Source: an uncultured Chloroflexia bacterium
GTDB lineage: Bacteria > Chloroflexota > Limnocylindria > QHBO01
Length of the DNA: 64,000 nucleotides
Reading direction: 5' to 3'
Assembly: GCA_963814375.1 (NCBI GenBank)
Contig: CAWFCQ010000003.1
Span: 191,557-255,556, forward strand
In this document: positions 1-12,654 of the stretch, one piece after another
Layout of the letters: the number at the start of each line of letters is the position of its first letter
Position numbering within the stretch: the stretch's first letter is position 1
Program-made: the position numbers and the translations under genes
The notes under the pieces: model-generated
Database searches by the model: none
What the model was told of the DNA's origin: nothing
Seen by the model: the letters and a program-made list of their open reading frames with translations, nothing else

Positions 1-2614
1 TCGACTTGAGCTCGTCGAACATCCGATAGGCCTCGATCTTGAACTCGTTCAGCGGATCGCGCTGCGAGTACGCCCGCAGGCCGATGCCGCGGCGCATGTC
101 GTCCACCGCGGTGAGGTGCTCGACCCACAGCGAATCGATCACGCGCAGGAGCACCAGGCGCTCGAGCACGCCGATGCCGGTATCGCCGGTCGAGGTGCGC
201 TTCGACTCGTACCGCTCGCGGACGAGCTCCGTCAGCTGCTGGGTGATCGCCTCCGGATCGCGGAGCTCGTCGAGCGGCCGCAGGTCGGCGGCGGTAAGGG
301 TGGGAACCATCGTGGTGAGCTGCGTGCGCAGGCCCTCGAGATTCCAGTCGTCGGCGTGATCGGCGGCCGTGTGCTCACTGACGAGTGCCGCCACCTCGTC
401 GTCGAGCATCGCCTCGACCGTCGGACCGAGATTGGACGAGCGCAGGATGCGGTCGCGCTCGCGGTAGATCGTCTCGCGCTGCCGATTGATGACGTCGTCG
501 TACTCCACGACATGCTTGCGCGTGTCGAAGTTGTAGCCCTCGACCCGAGACTGGGCACTCTCGATGGTGCGGGTCACCATCTTCGATTCGAGCGCGACGT
601 CATCGGTGAAGCCGAGCGTGCGCATGAGCCCCTGCACCCGGTCGTTGGCGAACCGGCGCATGAGGTCATCCTCGAGGCTGAGGTAGAAGCGGGACGAGCC
701 GGGATCTCCCTGGCGACCTGCACGGCCACGCAGCTGGTTGTCGATGCGCCGAGCCTCGTGGCGCTCCGTTCCGACGATGTGCAGCCCGCCGGCGGCGACC
801 ACGCGCTCACGCTCCTCGGCAGTGATCGCCTCCGCCTCCGCCAGGGCCGCGGCGTATTCCTCGGGGCTGGCGTCGATGACCGTGGTGCCCTTCTTGTGGA
901 GCAGCTCGGCGGCCATCACGTCGGGGTTGCCCCCGAGGAGGATGTCGGTCCCGCGGCCGGCCATGTTCGTCGAGATGGTCACCGCGCCCGGGCGACCGGC
1001 CTGTGCGACGACCTCGGCCTCCTTCTCATGGAGCTTGGCGTTCAGGACGTTGTGCTTGATGCCGCGCCGCTTGAGCATCTCGCCGAGCATCTCGCTGATC
1101 TCGACGCTGACGGTGCCGACGAGGACGGGTCGGCCCCTCTCGTGCTCCTCGACGATCTCGTCGATGACGGCGTTCCACTTGCCGCTCTGCTTGGCGTACA
1201 CGAGATCGGCGAAGTCGTTGCGGATCATGTCGCGGTGGGTCGGGATGACCACGACCTCGAGGCCGTAGATCTTGTGGAATTCCTCGGCCTCGGTCTCGGC
1301 CGTGCCGGTCATCCCGGCCAGCTTGTCGTACATGCGGAAGTAGTTCTGGAAGGTGACGGTCGCGAGCGTGCGCTGCTCGTTGCGGATCGCCACCCGCTCC
1401 TTGGCCTCGACCGCCTGATGCAGGCCCTCCGACCATCGGCGTCCGGGCATGAGGCGCCCGGTGAACTCGTCCACGATCACGACCTCGCCGTCCTTGACGA
1501 CGTAGTCACGGTCGAGCTTGTAGAGGACCTCCGCCTTCAACGCCTGCTCGAGGTGACGGGCCAGGCTGAAGTCGTCGGCGAACATGTTCTCGACGCCGAG
1601 CCAGCCCTCCATCTTGTCCGTGCCGGCCTCGGTGATCGCGACCTGCTTGAACTTCTCGTCGACGATGTAGTCCTCTTCGGCCTTCAGCCGTGGGACGAGG
1701 CCGGCGAACTGGATGTACTTGTCGGCCGACTCCTCGGCATTGCCGCTGATGATCAGCGGCGTCCGCGCCTCGTCGATGAGGATGTTGTCGACCTCGTCGA
1801 CGATCGCGTAGAAATGCCCGCGCTGCGCGCGCCCGGCCAGCTCGACGACGAGGTTGTCACGCAGGAAGTCGAAGCCGAACTCGTTGTTCGTGCCGTAGGT
1901 GACGTCCGCGGCGTAGGCCTCCTGCCGCGTGACCGGGCGCAGATCGCGCAGCCGCTCATCGGTGGCGGGGAAGTCGGGGTCGAAGACGAACGCTCCCTCG
2001 TGCTGGATCGAGCCGACGCTCATCCCGAGCCGATGGAAGACGGCGCCGATCCATTGTGCGTCGCGCTTGGCGAGGTAGTCGTTGACGGTGATGACGTGGA
2101 CGCCCCTGCCCACGAGCGCGTTGAGGTAGGCGGCCAGCGGTCCGACGAACGTCTTTCCCTCGCCGGTGCGCTGCTCGGCGATCGCCCCGCGGTGCAGCAC
2201 GATCCCGCCCATCAGCTGCACGTCGTAGTGGCGCTTTCCAAGAGCGCGCACCATCGCCTCTCGGACCGATGCGAACGCCTCCGGCAGCACACCGTCCAGC
2301 GCCTCGTTGATGCGCTTCAGCTCGCGCTCGCGCTGCTGCTTCAGCTCGTCTGCCAGCTGTGCCGGATCGGCGCCGGCCAGCGCGGACTCGCTGGCGTCCT
2401 CGTCGGGGTCGGTCTCGCGCAGCTCGATCGGCGTGAGGATGTCGCCGATCTCGTCGCGCAGGCGCGCGCGCAGCGTATCGGTCCGTGCCGCCAGCTCGGC
2501 GTCGGTGAGGGCCTGGATCTCGGGTTCGAGAGCGGTGATGCGCTCGACGATCGGCTCGAGCGCGCGGACCTCGCGCTCGTTTGAGTCCCCCAGGCGGGAC
2601 AGGAACTTGAACAT
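1..2614 (-). CDS. secA: Preprotein translocase subunit SecA (3' end runs off the window)
   Basis: Manual minus-strand translation from ATG 2614: MFKFLSRLGDSNERE...HYDVQLMGG...AEQRTGEGKT...VTYGTNNEFGFDFLRDN...IVDEVDNILIDEARTPLIISG...GIGLRAYSQRDPLNEFKIEAY. Missing from the ORF track because it has no stop in the window. Confidence 0.97.
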   Translation of the reverse strand, partial: MFKFLSRLGDSNEREVRALEPIVERITALEPEIQALTDAELAARTDTLRARLRDEIGDILTPIELRETDPDEDASESALAGADPAQLADELKQQRERELKRINEALDGVLPEAFASVREAMVRALGKRHYDVQLMGGIVLHRGAIAEQRTGEGKTFVGPLAAYLNALVGRGVHVITVNDYLAKRDAQWIGAVFHRLGMSVGSIQHEGAFVFDPDFPATDERLRDLRPVTRQEAYAADVTYGTNNEFGFDFLRDNLVVELAGRAQRGHFYAIVDEVDNILIDEARTPLIISGNAEESADKYIQFAGLVPRLKAEEDYIVDEKFKQVAITEAGTDKMEGWLGVENMFADDFSLARHLEQALKAEVLYKLDRDYVVKDGEVVIVDEFTGRLMPGRRWSEGLHQAVEAKERVAIRNEQRTLATVTFQNYFRMYDKLAGMTGTAETEAEEFHKIYGLEVVVIPTHRDMIRNDFADLVYAKQSGKWNAVIDEIVEEHERGRPVLVGTVSVEISEMLGEMLKRRGIKHNVLNAKLHEKEAEVVAQAGRPGAVTISTNMAGRGTDILLGGNPDVMAAELLHKKGTTVIDASPEEYAAALAEAEAITAEERERVVAAGGLHIVGTERHEARRIDNQLRGRAGRQGDPGSSRFYLSLEDDLMRRFANDRVQGLMRTLGFTDDVALESKMVTRTIESAQSRVEGYNFDTRKHVVEYDDVINRQRETIYRERDRILRSSNLGPTVEAMLDDEVAALVSEHTAADHADDWNLEGLRTQLTTMVPTLTAADLRPLDELRDPEAITQQLTELVRERYESKRTSTGDTGIGVLERLVLLRVIDSLWVEHLTAVDDMRRGIGLRAYSQRDPLNEFKIEAYRMFDELKS

Positions 2615-2660
2615 CGGGCGGCGAGTATAGCCCGATGCGCCGCGGGCTCCCGGAGCGGCC

Positions 2661-3611
2661 CTAGCCGGCCTCCGCCATCGGCTTCACCTCGCCGATCCAG
2701 CGCTCGAGCGTCTCGTCGTCGTACGGCGCGGCCATCTCGGCCAGGAAGGTGCCAAAGCCGATCTCCTGCCGCTCGATCATCTTGGCCGCGACCTGCTCCG
2801 CCGTCCCGACCCAGAAGGTGTCGTCGTCCTCGACGTCCGCCATGGGCGTCCGGTTGTGGGACATCTGCGCCTCCCACACCCGGCGCGCCTCGTCCTCCGT
2901 GTCGCGGATGATCGGCTTGCATCCGGCGGTCCAGGTGATCTCGGCCGGGTCGCGCCCGACCTCCTCGCAGTGCCGCCGTAGCACCTCGCCCTTGTGGCGC
3001 AGCTTCTCGACGCTGCCCATCGCGTTCCACTGGTCGGCGTAGCGCGCGACGGTGCGGAGCGTCTTCTTCTCGCCCGACCCGCCGATCATGATCGGCAGGT
3101 GCTCCTGCGCCGGCGGTGGCAAGAGCCGCAGGCCCGCGAACTGGTACCGGCCGTCGGGCACGGACGTAACGGCCTCGCCATCGAAGAGGGCGCGGAGCCC
3201 GGCGACCGACTCATCGAGCCAGTCGAGGCGCTGCCCGAAACCCGTCCCGAATTCGATGCCGTGCTCGGTGTGCTCCTGCTCGAACCACGCACCGCCGATG
3301 CCGCAGATCGCCCGCCCGCCGCTGAGATGGTCGATCGTCGTGATTGTCTTGGCCACCAGCCCGGGGTTGCGGAAGGTGTTGGCGCCGACGAGAAGGCCGA
3401 GCCGAACCCGTGACGTCACCTTCGCCCACGCCGCCAGCGTCGTGTAGCCCTCGAAGATCGGCTGGTACGGGTCGCCGAAGATCGCGTAGAGATGGTCCCA
3501 GGTCCAGAGCGAGTCGTAGCCCAGCTCGTCGACCTTCACGGCCGCGCGCTCGAAGCCGTCCCAGTCGGTGGCCTGGCTCCAGAGGAGGACGCCCAGCTTC
3601 ACGTCAGCCAT
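2661..3611 (-). CDS. LLM-class (luciferase-like) oxidoreductase, probably F420-dependent
   Basis: GYDSLWTWDHL, LGLLVGANTFRNPGLVAK, DHLSGGRAICGIGGAW, PIMIGGSGEKKTLRTVARYADQWN. Confidence 0.9.
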   Translation of the reverse strand: MADVKLGVLLWSQATDWDGFERAAVKVDELGYDSLWTWDHLYAIFGDPYQPIFEGYTTLAAWAKVTSRVRLGLLVGANTFRNPGLVAKTITTIDHLSGGRAICGIGGAWFEQEHTEHGIEFGTGFGQRLDWLDESVAGLRALFDGEAVTSVPDGRYQFAGLRLLPPPAQEHLPIMIGGSGEKKTLRTVARYADQWNAMGSVEKLRHKGEVLRRHCEEVGRDPAEITWTAGCKPIIRDTEDEARRVWEAQMSHNRTPMADVEDDDTFWVGTAEQVAAKMIERQEIGFGTFLAEMAAPYDDETLERWIGEVKPMAEAG

Positions 3612-3612
3612 G

Positions 3613-4650
3613 TCAGGTGTTGGCCACGCCTACGCGAAAGGGCTCTCGCTCGGGCTCATCTTCCGCCCCTTCGTCCCAGAAGGTCATCTCCTCGACCATG
3701 CGGACCTCGGAGCTGAAGAGGGCACCGACGCTCTCGCCGCGGTGGATGCGCTTGATGGCCTCGCCGAAGAGCGGCGCCACCGAGAGGACGGTGATGCGCG
3801 GGTCGTTGGCGCCAGGCGGGAGGGGTACGGTGTCGGTGACGACGATCTCGGTGATCGGGCTCTCGGCGATCTTCTCCAGGGCCGCACCGGAGAAGACGCC
3901 GTGGGTCGCGCACGAGTAGATGTCACCCGTTCCGGCGGCCTTGAGCGCGCCCACCGCCTCGAGCAGCGATCCGGCGGTGTCGATCTCGTCGTCGATCACC
4001 ACCGCCGTCTTCCCGCCGACCTCGCCGATGATGTTCATCACCTCGGTGCGGTCGTCGTTGCCGAGACGGCGCTTCTCGACGATCGCCAGCGGCGCCTGGA
4101 GCAGCTCGGCGAAGTTGCGGGCCTTCTTGGCGAAGCCGAGCTCGCTCACGACCACGACGTCGTCGAGCTCCTTGGCCTTGATGTGCGCGCAGATGAGGTT
4201 GACCGCGGTTAGCTCGTCGACCGGGATGCTGAAGAAGCCCTGGATCTGGCCCTGGTGGAGGTCCATGGTCAGGACCCGGTCCGCTCCGGCGACCGTCAGC
4301 ATGTCCGCGATGAGGCGGGCCGTGATCGGCACCCTGGGCTGGTCCTTCTTGTCGGACCGACCGTAGCTGTAGTACGGAATGACGGCGGTGATCCGCCCGG
4401 CCGATGCCCGCTTGAAGGCGTCGATCATGATCAGCAGCTCCATGATCGACTGGTTCACCGGGCGGCTCGTCGGCTGCACGAGAAAGACGTCCTGCTCGCG
4501 GACGTTCTCCATGACCCGCACGAAGATGTTCTCGTTGGCGAACTGGAAGACCTCGACCGCGCCCAGGTCGGTCTTCAGGTACCGGCAGATGCGCTCGGCC
4601 AGGGGGCGGTTGGCGTTGCCGGCGTAGAGGCTGAACTCGTCGGCGTACAC
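3613..4650 (-). CDS. prs: Ribose-phosphate pyrophosphokinase
   Basis: VIPYYSYGRSDKK, DLHQGQIQGFF, VVIDDEIDTAGS, ATHGVFSG. Confidence 0.96.
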   Translation of the reverse strand: MYADEFSLYAGNANRPLAERICRYLKTDLGAVEVFQFANENIFVRVMENVREQDVFLVQPTSRPVNQSIMELLIMIDAFKRASAGRITAVIPYYSYGRSDKKDQPRVPITARLIADMLTVAGADRVLTMDLHQGQIQGFFSIPVDELTAVNLICAHIKAKELDDVVVVSELGFAKKARNFAELLQAPLAIVEKRRLGNDDRTEVMNIIGEVGGKTAVVIDDEIDTAGSLLEAVGALKAAGTGDIYSCATHGVFSGAALEKIAESPITEIVVTDTVPLPPGANDPRITVLSVAPLFGEAIKRIHRGESVGALFSSEVRMVEEMTFWDEGAEDEPEREPFRVGVANT

Positions 4651-4809
4651 GTCGTCTCCTGCGGCGCGGGTCAGGCCCGCCGATTCTACCGGACCCCGAT
4701 CCCGCCAATGCCAGGAACGCGCCTTAGCTCACGCCGCCATTGGCGACGCCCACCTGCGGTCACCAGAACCCACCCCAGACCCAGGAACGTGTCGGACCCG
4801 AGATGGTCC

Positions 4810-4875
4810 GTGGTTGGGCGGCGCAGCCGGTCCCGCCGGTTCCACCCGGCGGGCCGGGCGGAGCCGCCTCCCCAC
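4810..4875 (-). repeat. GTGG-headed structured repeat, copy A (just 3' of gyrA)
   Basis: GTGGGGA-GGCGGC-TCCGCCCGG-CCCGCCGG-loop-CCGGCGGG-ACCGGCTGC-GCCGCC-CAACCAC; matches 15724-15788 with compensatory changes. Confidence 0.75.
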
Positions 4876-4879
4876 ATAC

Positions 4880-7390
4880 TTACTCGCCCTCGACAAGCTC
4901 CTCGGGCGGCCGATTGTCGACGAAGACGGTGATCGAGACGATCCGATCGTCGTCCTGCGGCTTCATGACGGTGACCCCGCGCGAGGCGCGGCGATAGCGA
5001 TTGATGCCGCCGACCTCGGTCCGCAGGATGGTGCCGAGCTCGGTGATGAGCATGAGCTCCTCCTCCTCGCGCCCGACGATCCGGATCGCGGCGACGGGGC
5101 CCGTGTCGGCGTTCAGCGAGTTGGCGATCACACCCCCGGTGGCGCGGTGCTTCACGGGGAAGTCGGAGACGTCGGTCCGCTTGCCAAATCCCTGCTCGGT
5201 GACCACGAGGAGCTGCTGCTCGAGGTGCTCGACGACCTCCATGCCGATGACCTCGTCGTCGCCCTTGAGCCGGATTGCGGCCACGCCCTGGGTCCCGCGC
5301 CCGAGCGGCCGGACCTCGGTCTCCCGGAACCGCGCCGCCTGGCCGTTCTTCGTGGCAACGATGATGTCGTTCTGGCCGTCGCTGAGGCCGACCCACTGAA
5401 GCTCGTCGCCGTCGGTGAGGTTGATGGCGATCAGGCCGTTGGCCCTGATCTTCGCGTACTCGGCCAGCGAGGTCTTCTTGATCTTTCCCTGTCGCGTGGC
5501 CATGACCAGGTATATGTCGGGCTCGAACTGCGGCAGGCTGATGATTGCGCTGACGTACTCCCGCTGCTCCACCTGGACGCCGGGCAGGTTGATGATGGGC
5601 AGGCCCTTCGCCTGGCGTGATGCATCGGGCAGCGTGTGGACCTTGGTGATGAAGACGCGCCCGCGGTTGGTGAAGAAGAGGATGTTGTCGTGGGTGTTCG
5701 CGACCACGAGGTGGCGAACCGCGTCCTCCTCGCGGGTGAGCATGGCGAGCTTGCCGCGGCCGCCGCGCCGCTGGGACCGGAAGGTGCCGATCGGCTGGCG
5801 CTTGATGTAGCCACGCTGGCTGAGGGTGACCACGACGTCCTCTGCGAGGACGAGGTCCTCCGCCGTCAGCTCGCGGTTCGCATCGGCCTGGATGCGCGTC
5901 TTGCGCTCGTCGCCGTAGCGCTTGACGAGGTCGCCCAGCTCGTCCTTGATGACGAGCAGGATCTTGCGCGGATTGCCGAGGAGGTCCTCCAGCTCGCTGA
6001 TCAGCTGGATGATCGCCTTGTACTCGTCCTCGATCTTCTTGCGCTCGAGGGCGGCCAGGCGACGGAGCTGCATCTCCAGGATCGCGTTGGCCTGCACCTC
6101 GGTGAGCTCGAAGCGCTTCATGAGCGCCGATCGCGCGGCCTCGACGTCCGCCGCGGCACGGATGGTGGCGATGACCTCGTCGAGGTTGTCGAGCGCGATC
6201 TTCAGGCCCTCGAGGATGTGGGCGCGCTCCTGGGCACGAGCGAGGTCGAACTCGGTGCGTCGACGCACCACGTCGCGTCGGTAGCTGATGTAGTGCTCCA
6301 GCATCTTCTTGAGGCCGAGCGTCTGGGGCTGACCGTCGACCAGCGCCAGCATGTTTGCGCTGAAGCTCGTCTGGAGCGCCGTGTGCTTGAAGAGCTGCTG
6401 CATGACGGTGTGCGGCGAGCCGTCGCGCTTGACCTCCACAACGATCCGCATGCCGTCCCTGTCGCTTTCGTCGCGAATGTCGCGAACATCGGTGATTTTC
6501 TTGGAGGCGACGAGGTCTGCCATCTTCTCGATGAGCGTGGACTTGTTGACCTGGTAGGGCAGCTCGGTGACCACGACCGCCATGCCCCCGCGAATCTCCT
6601 CGAAGGCGACCTGCCCGCGTACGACGATGCGGCCCCTGCCCGTGGCGTACAGGTGCCGGATCGCATCGATCCGCTCCTTCTCCCCACTGAGCGGGTTCCG
6701 CTGCTCCTCGAATCGGAAGATCGTGCCGCCCGTCGGGAAGTCCGGGCCGGTCACGATCTCGCAGAGGTCGTCCACGCTCATCTCCGGGTTGTCGATGAGC
6801 GCGTTGATCGCGTCGCAGATCTCGTTGAGGTGGTGGGGCGGGATGTTGGTGGCCATCCCGACCGCGATGCCGGACGAGCCGTTGACGAGAAGGTTGGGCA
6901 GCTTCGAGGGCAGGACGGTGGGCTGGCGCAGCCGGCCGTCGTAGTTATCGACGAAGTCGACCGTCTCCTTCTCGATATCGGCCAGCATCTCGTCGGTGAT
7001 CGAGGCCATCCGCGCCTCGGTGTAGCGCATCGCGGCGGGCGGGTCGCCGTCGACCGATCCGAAGTTGCCCTGACCGTCGACGAGGGGATAGCGCAGGCTG
7101 AAGTCCTGGGCCATGCGGACCAGCGTCTCGTACAGGGCGAGGTCTCCGTGGGGGTGGTACTTGGCCATCGCCTCGCCCACGACCCCGGCGCACTTCCGGT
7201 AGGCGGCGGTCGAGCGCAGCCCCATCTCGTGCATCGTGTACAGGATTCGCCGATGGACCGGCTTCAGGCCGTCGCGCACGTCCGGCAGCGCGCGAGCCAC
7301 GATGACGCTCATCGCGTAGTCGATGTACGCGGTGCGCATCTCGTCCTCGATCGCGACGGCTCGGACGTTACCGATGCGGTCCATCTCCAT
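4880..7390 (-). CDS. gyrA: DNA gyrase subunit A
   Basis: [22 protein letters not shown], catalytic AAMRYTE, GyrA-box QRRGGRG, beta-pinwheel repeats. Confidence 0.98.
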   Translation of the reverse strand: MEMDRIGNVRAVAIEDEMRTAYIDYAMSVIVARALPDVRDGLKPVHRRILYTMHEMGLRSTAAYRKCAGVVGEAMAKYHPHGDLALYETLVRMAQDFSLRYPLVDGQGNFGSVDGDPPAAMRYTEARMASITDEMLADIEKETVDFVDNYDGRLRQPTVLPSKLPNLLVNGSSGIAVGMATNIPPHHLNEICDAINALIDNPEMSVDDLCEIVTGPDFPTGGTIFRFEEQRNPLSGEKERIDAIRHLYATGRGRIVVRGQVAFEEIRGGMAVVVTELPYQVNKSTLIEKMADLVASKKITDVRDIRDESDRDGMRIVVEVKRDGSPHTVMQQLFKHTALQTSFSANMLALVDGQPQTLGLKKMLEHYISYRRDVVRRRTEFDLARAQERAHILEGLKIALDNLDEVIATIRAAADVEAARSALMKRFELTEVQANAILEMQLRRLAALERKKIEDEYKAIIQLISELEDLLGNPRKILLVIKDELGDLVKRYGDERKTRIQADANRELTAEDLVLAEDVVVTLSQRGYIKRQPIGTFRSQRRGGRGKLAMLTREEDAVRHLVVANTHDNILFFTNRGRVFITKVHTLPDASRQAKGLPIINLPGVQVEQREYVSAIISLPQFEPDIYLVMATRQGKIKKTSLAEYAKIRANGLIAINLTDGDELQWVGLSDGQNDIIVATKNGQAARFRETEVRPLGRGTQGVAAIRLKGDDEVIGMEVVEHLEQQLLVVTEQGFGKRTDVSDFPVKHRATGGVIANSLNADTGPVAAIRIVGREEEELMLITELGTILRTEVGGINRYRRASRGVTVMKPQDDDRIVSITVFVDNRPPEELVEGE

Positions 7391-7452
7391 GTCCGGCTAG
7401 GTCCTCGTCACTGTTCTTGGTGTCGCGTTCGTCGCGTGCGTCGCATGTGCCG

Positions 7453-7968
7453 TCATTCGCCTGCCGTTCCCGGCGCCAGGCCGTATCGGTCCTTGAGCTC
7501 GGACTTCTGGGAGGGCGTCGCTCCGAGGTACCGTCCGTGGCCCTCGGCGATGAGCCGCCCGTCGGCACCTCGGACTTCGCCGGCGACCTCGTAGATGCGG
7601 CGACGGCGCTCAGTGACGTGCCCGGTCGCGGTGAGCAGCTCGCCGGGATTGGCCGGGGATCGATAGCGGACCGTCATCTCCGCCGTGACCGCCCACGAGT
7701 CGAAGCTGGAGGGCGCCCACGCCATCACCTCGTCGAGCATGGTGGCGATGATGCCGCCGTGGACCTTGTCGCTCCAGCCGACGTAGTCGTCACCGGCCTG
7801 CCACGACGTTCGCGCCGTGCCCTCGCCCAGCTCGATGTGGAGGCGCATCCCGATCGGGTTGTCCCCACCGCAGGCAAAGCAATTGTGATCGGCGAACGCG
7901 TAGCGCCGGCCTTCGTTGTCGACGATGGCCTCGCTGTTGCCGATGCTCCGGCCGCGCTTGGCATCCAT
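7453..7968 (-). CDS. PaaI-family thioesterase (hotdog fold)
   Basis: CFACGGDNPIGM, VHGGIIATMLDEVM, VTAEMTVRYRSP. Confidence 0.88.
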   Translation of the reverse strand: MDAKRGRSIGNSEAIVDNEGRRYAFADHNCFACGGDNPIGMRLHIELGEGTARTSWQAGDDYVGWSDKVHGGIIATMLDEVMAWAPSSFDSWAVTAEMTVRYRSPANPGELLTATGHVTERRRRIYEVAGEVRGADGRLIAEGHGRYLGATPSQKSELKDRYGLAPGTAGE

Positions 7969-7970
7969 GG

Positions 7971-8222
7971 TTACCAGGGGTTGTCTCCCTCTTCGGCGTC
8001 GTACTCGTCCGATCCCCACTCATCGTCATCCGACCGCCGCAGGCATTCGTTGGCGATGGCCAGCGCGAATGCGTGGCTGACCGCGTACGAGTCGCGGAGC
8101 ATGTTGACCGCCTCGCGGCGATCGCCGACACCGTTGGCCTCGAGGAGCTCGCACCATTCATCCAGGCTGCGGCCCGTCTTCTGGGCCACCTGCCGAATGT
8201 CGGCGGCGTGTCGTGATGGCAT
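7971..8222 (-). CDS. Small DUF4287-like protein with acidic tail
   Basis: QKTGRSLDEW...AVNMLRDSYAVSHAFALAI resembles the DUF4287 pattern; fits the operon spacing. Confidence 0.6.
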   Translation of the reverse strand: MPSRHAADIRQVAQKTGRSLDEWCELLEANGVGDRREAVNMLRDSYAVSHAFALAIANECLRRSDDDEWGSDEYDAEEGDNPW

Positions 8223-8255
8223 CGCTGCTGTCGCCTCTCTCGTGTCGGTTCCGAC

Positions 8256-11165
<2,910 letters not shown>

Positions 11166-11173
<8 letters not shown>

Positions 11174-11927
11174 GGGCCATGACCTCCCCCGCGAGCGCCG
11201 AGTAGGCGTGCGCGCCGCGCGACTTCGGGTCGTAAAGGGCGATCGGCAGTCCATGGCTCGGTGCCTCGGAGAGGCGGATCGAGCGTGGGACGACCGTCTC
11301 GTAGACGGTCCCATTCATGTGCCGTCGCACCTCGGATGCGACCTGGGCCGAGAGATTGGTGCGTGCGTCGTACATCGTCAGGACGACGCCCTCGATCTCG
11401 AGGCGGGGATTGAGGCCCTCTCGGACCCGTCGAATCGTGTTCACCAGCTGGCTCAGGCCCTCCAGGGCGTAATACTCGGTCTGGATCGGGATCAGCACGC
11501 CGTCCGCCGCCGTCAGCGCGTTGAGCGTCAGCAGCCCGAGCGACGGGGGACAGTCGATGAGGATTCGTTCGTATTGGCCATTCAGCTCGGCCAGGCCCGC
11601 CGCCAGGCGGCGTTCCCGGGCCGATGCGCCCACGAGCTCAACTTCCGCTCCCGACAGCGCCGTAGTCGATGGAACGAGGTGGAGGCCTTCGACCGGGGTC
11701 TCGACCACCAGCCCGCTCAACGGGACGCGGTCGACGAGAGCATCGTACGAGGACCGATCGACCGTGCGTCGGTCAACGCCGAGGCCGCTCGTGGCATTGC
11801 CCTGCGGGTCGAGATCGATGACGAGTGTTCGCGTGCCGGAGAGAGCGAGGTAGGCCGCCAGGTTGATGACCGTGGTCGTCTTGCCGACTCCGCCCTTCTG
11901 GTTCGTACAGGCCGTGACCCGGACCAC
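11166..11927 (-). CDS. parA: ParA/Soj ATPase
   Basis: NQKGGVGKTTT, DLDPQGNATSG, IDCPPSLG, EYYALEG. Confidence 0.96.
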
Positions 11928-11977
11928 GAGCGCTCCGCTGTGAGTTCAGATGGGCACGTTCATTCTACCAGTTGCGG

Positions 11978-12007
11978 CGCTTACCGTTCGCTTATTGCGC
12001 GCTTACG
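11978..12007 (-). promoter_or_regulatory. Three direct repeats (G/A)TAAGCG at 11-bp period upstream of the parA -10 (TAGAAT)
   Basis: CGCTTAC 11978, CGCTTAT 11989 and CGCTTAC 12000 on the + strand. Confidence 0.55.
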
Positions 12008-12026
12008 GGCCGGCTTCGACGGGAAG

Positions 12027-12035
12027 TTATCCACA
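12027..12035 (+). promoter_or_regulatory. DnaA box
   Basis: Perfect TTATCCACA in the parA/mreD intergenic region. Confidence 0.75.
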
Positions 12036-12043
12036 ATCGCGGA

Positions 12044-12059
12044 TGTTTCACGTGCTACA
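12044..12059. promoter_or_regulatory. parS centromere-like site
   Basis: TGTTTCACGTGCTACA, 14/16 match to TGTTTCACGTGAAACA, next to parAB. Confidence 0.8.
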
Positions 12060-12141
12060 GCGGACATGGGCGCTGCGGCACCCGTCGCTCGACCTATACT
12101 GAGCCGCGCCGATCAGCACCAGAGCATCCCGGGGGCGCGAC

Positions 12142-12642
12142 ATCTCCTCCTATCTCAGCCCACTCCTCGCGGTCGTCCTCGGGATCGTCCACGCGGCGCT
12201 CGCTCCGGTCATCGTGATCGGCGGCGTGAAGCCGAACATCGTGCTCATCGGCGTCGTGTTCGTCACCTGCTTCGCCGGCTTCCTGCCCGGCATCACGTGG
12301 GCCTTCGTCGCCGGGCTCACCGCCAACCTGCTCGTTGGCGACCCGCTCGGCTCGATTCCCCTCGCGATGCTCATCGTTGCGGCAATGGTGGCCGGCGGGG
12401 CGCGGATCCTGGGCCGGATGGTGTGGATCTACCCGGTGGTCGCGACGATGCTCGGATCGGTCGTGGCGGACCTCGTCATCCTGTTCATCGGCCAGTTGGT
12501 CGGCGACGTTGCGATCGGGGCGGTCCCGCTCGATCGGATCCTGGCGGCCGCGCTCCTCAACGGTGCCATAGCTGCGCTCGTCATCATTCCGATCCGGATC
12601 CTCACCGCGCGCTACGGTGCGGACGAGGCGGCCGCGTGGTGA
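12142..12642 (+). CDS. mreD: Rod shape-determining protein MreD (start uncertain: ATC 12142 or GTG 12214)
   Basis: Hydrophobic protein with GVKPNIVLI and WAFVAGL, directly upstream of the PBP2 gene. Confidence 0.8.
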   Translation: MSSYLSPLLAVVLGIVHAALAPVIVIGGVKPNIVLIGVVFVTCFAGFLPGITWAFVAGLTANLLVGDPLGSIPLAMLIVAAMVAGGARILGRMVWIYPVVATMLGSVVADLVILFIGQLVGDVAIGAVPLDRILAAALLNGAIAALVIIPIRILTARYGADEAAAW

Positions 12643-12654
12643 AGAGGCGCTGAT

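Noticed and set aside
116-2584. 822-aa plus-strand ORF (likewise 5636-7594, 8622-10331, 32927-34756, 34827-37310)
   Set aside because: Antisense shadows of secA, gyrA, gyrB and atp genes, caused by high-GC codon bias
4700-4800. Possible tRNA-Gln upstream of prs (GGCGTCGCCAA)
   Set aside because: No T-loop GTTCGA and no cloverleaf
12000-12100. oriC
   Set aside because: Only one DnaA box, no AT-rich unwinding element, no dnaA
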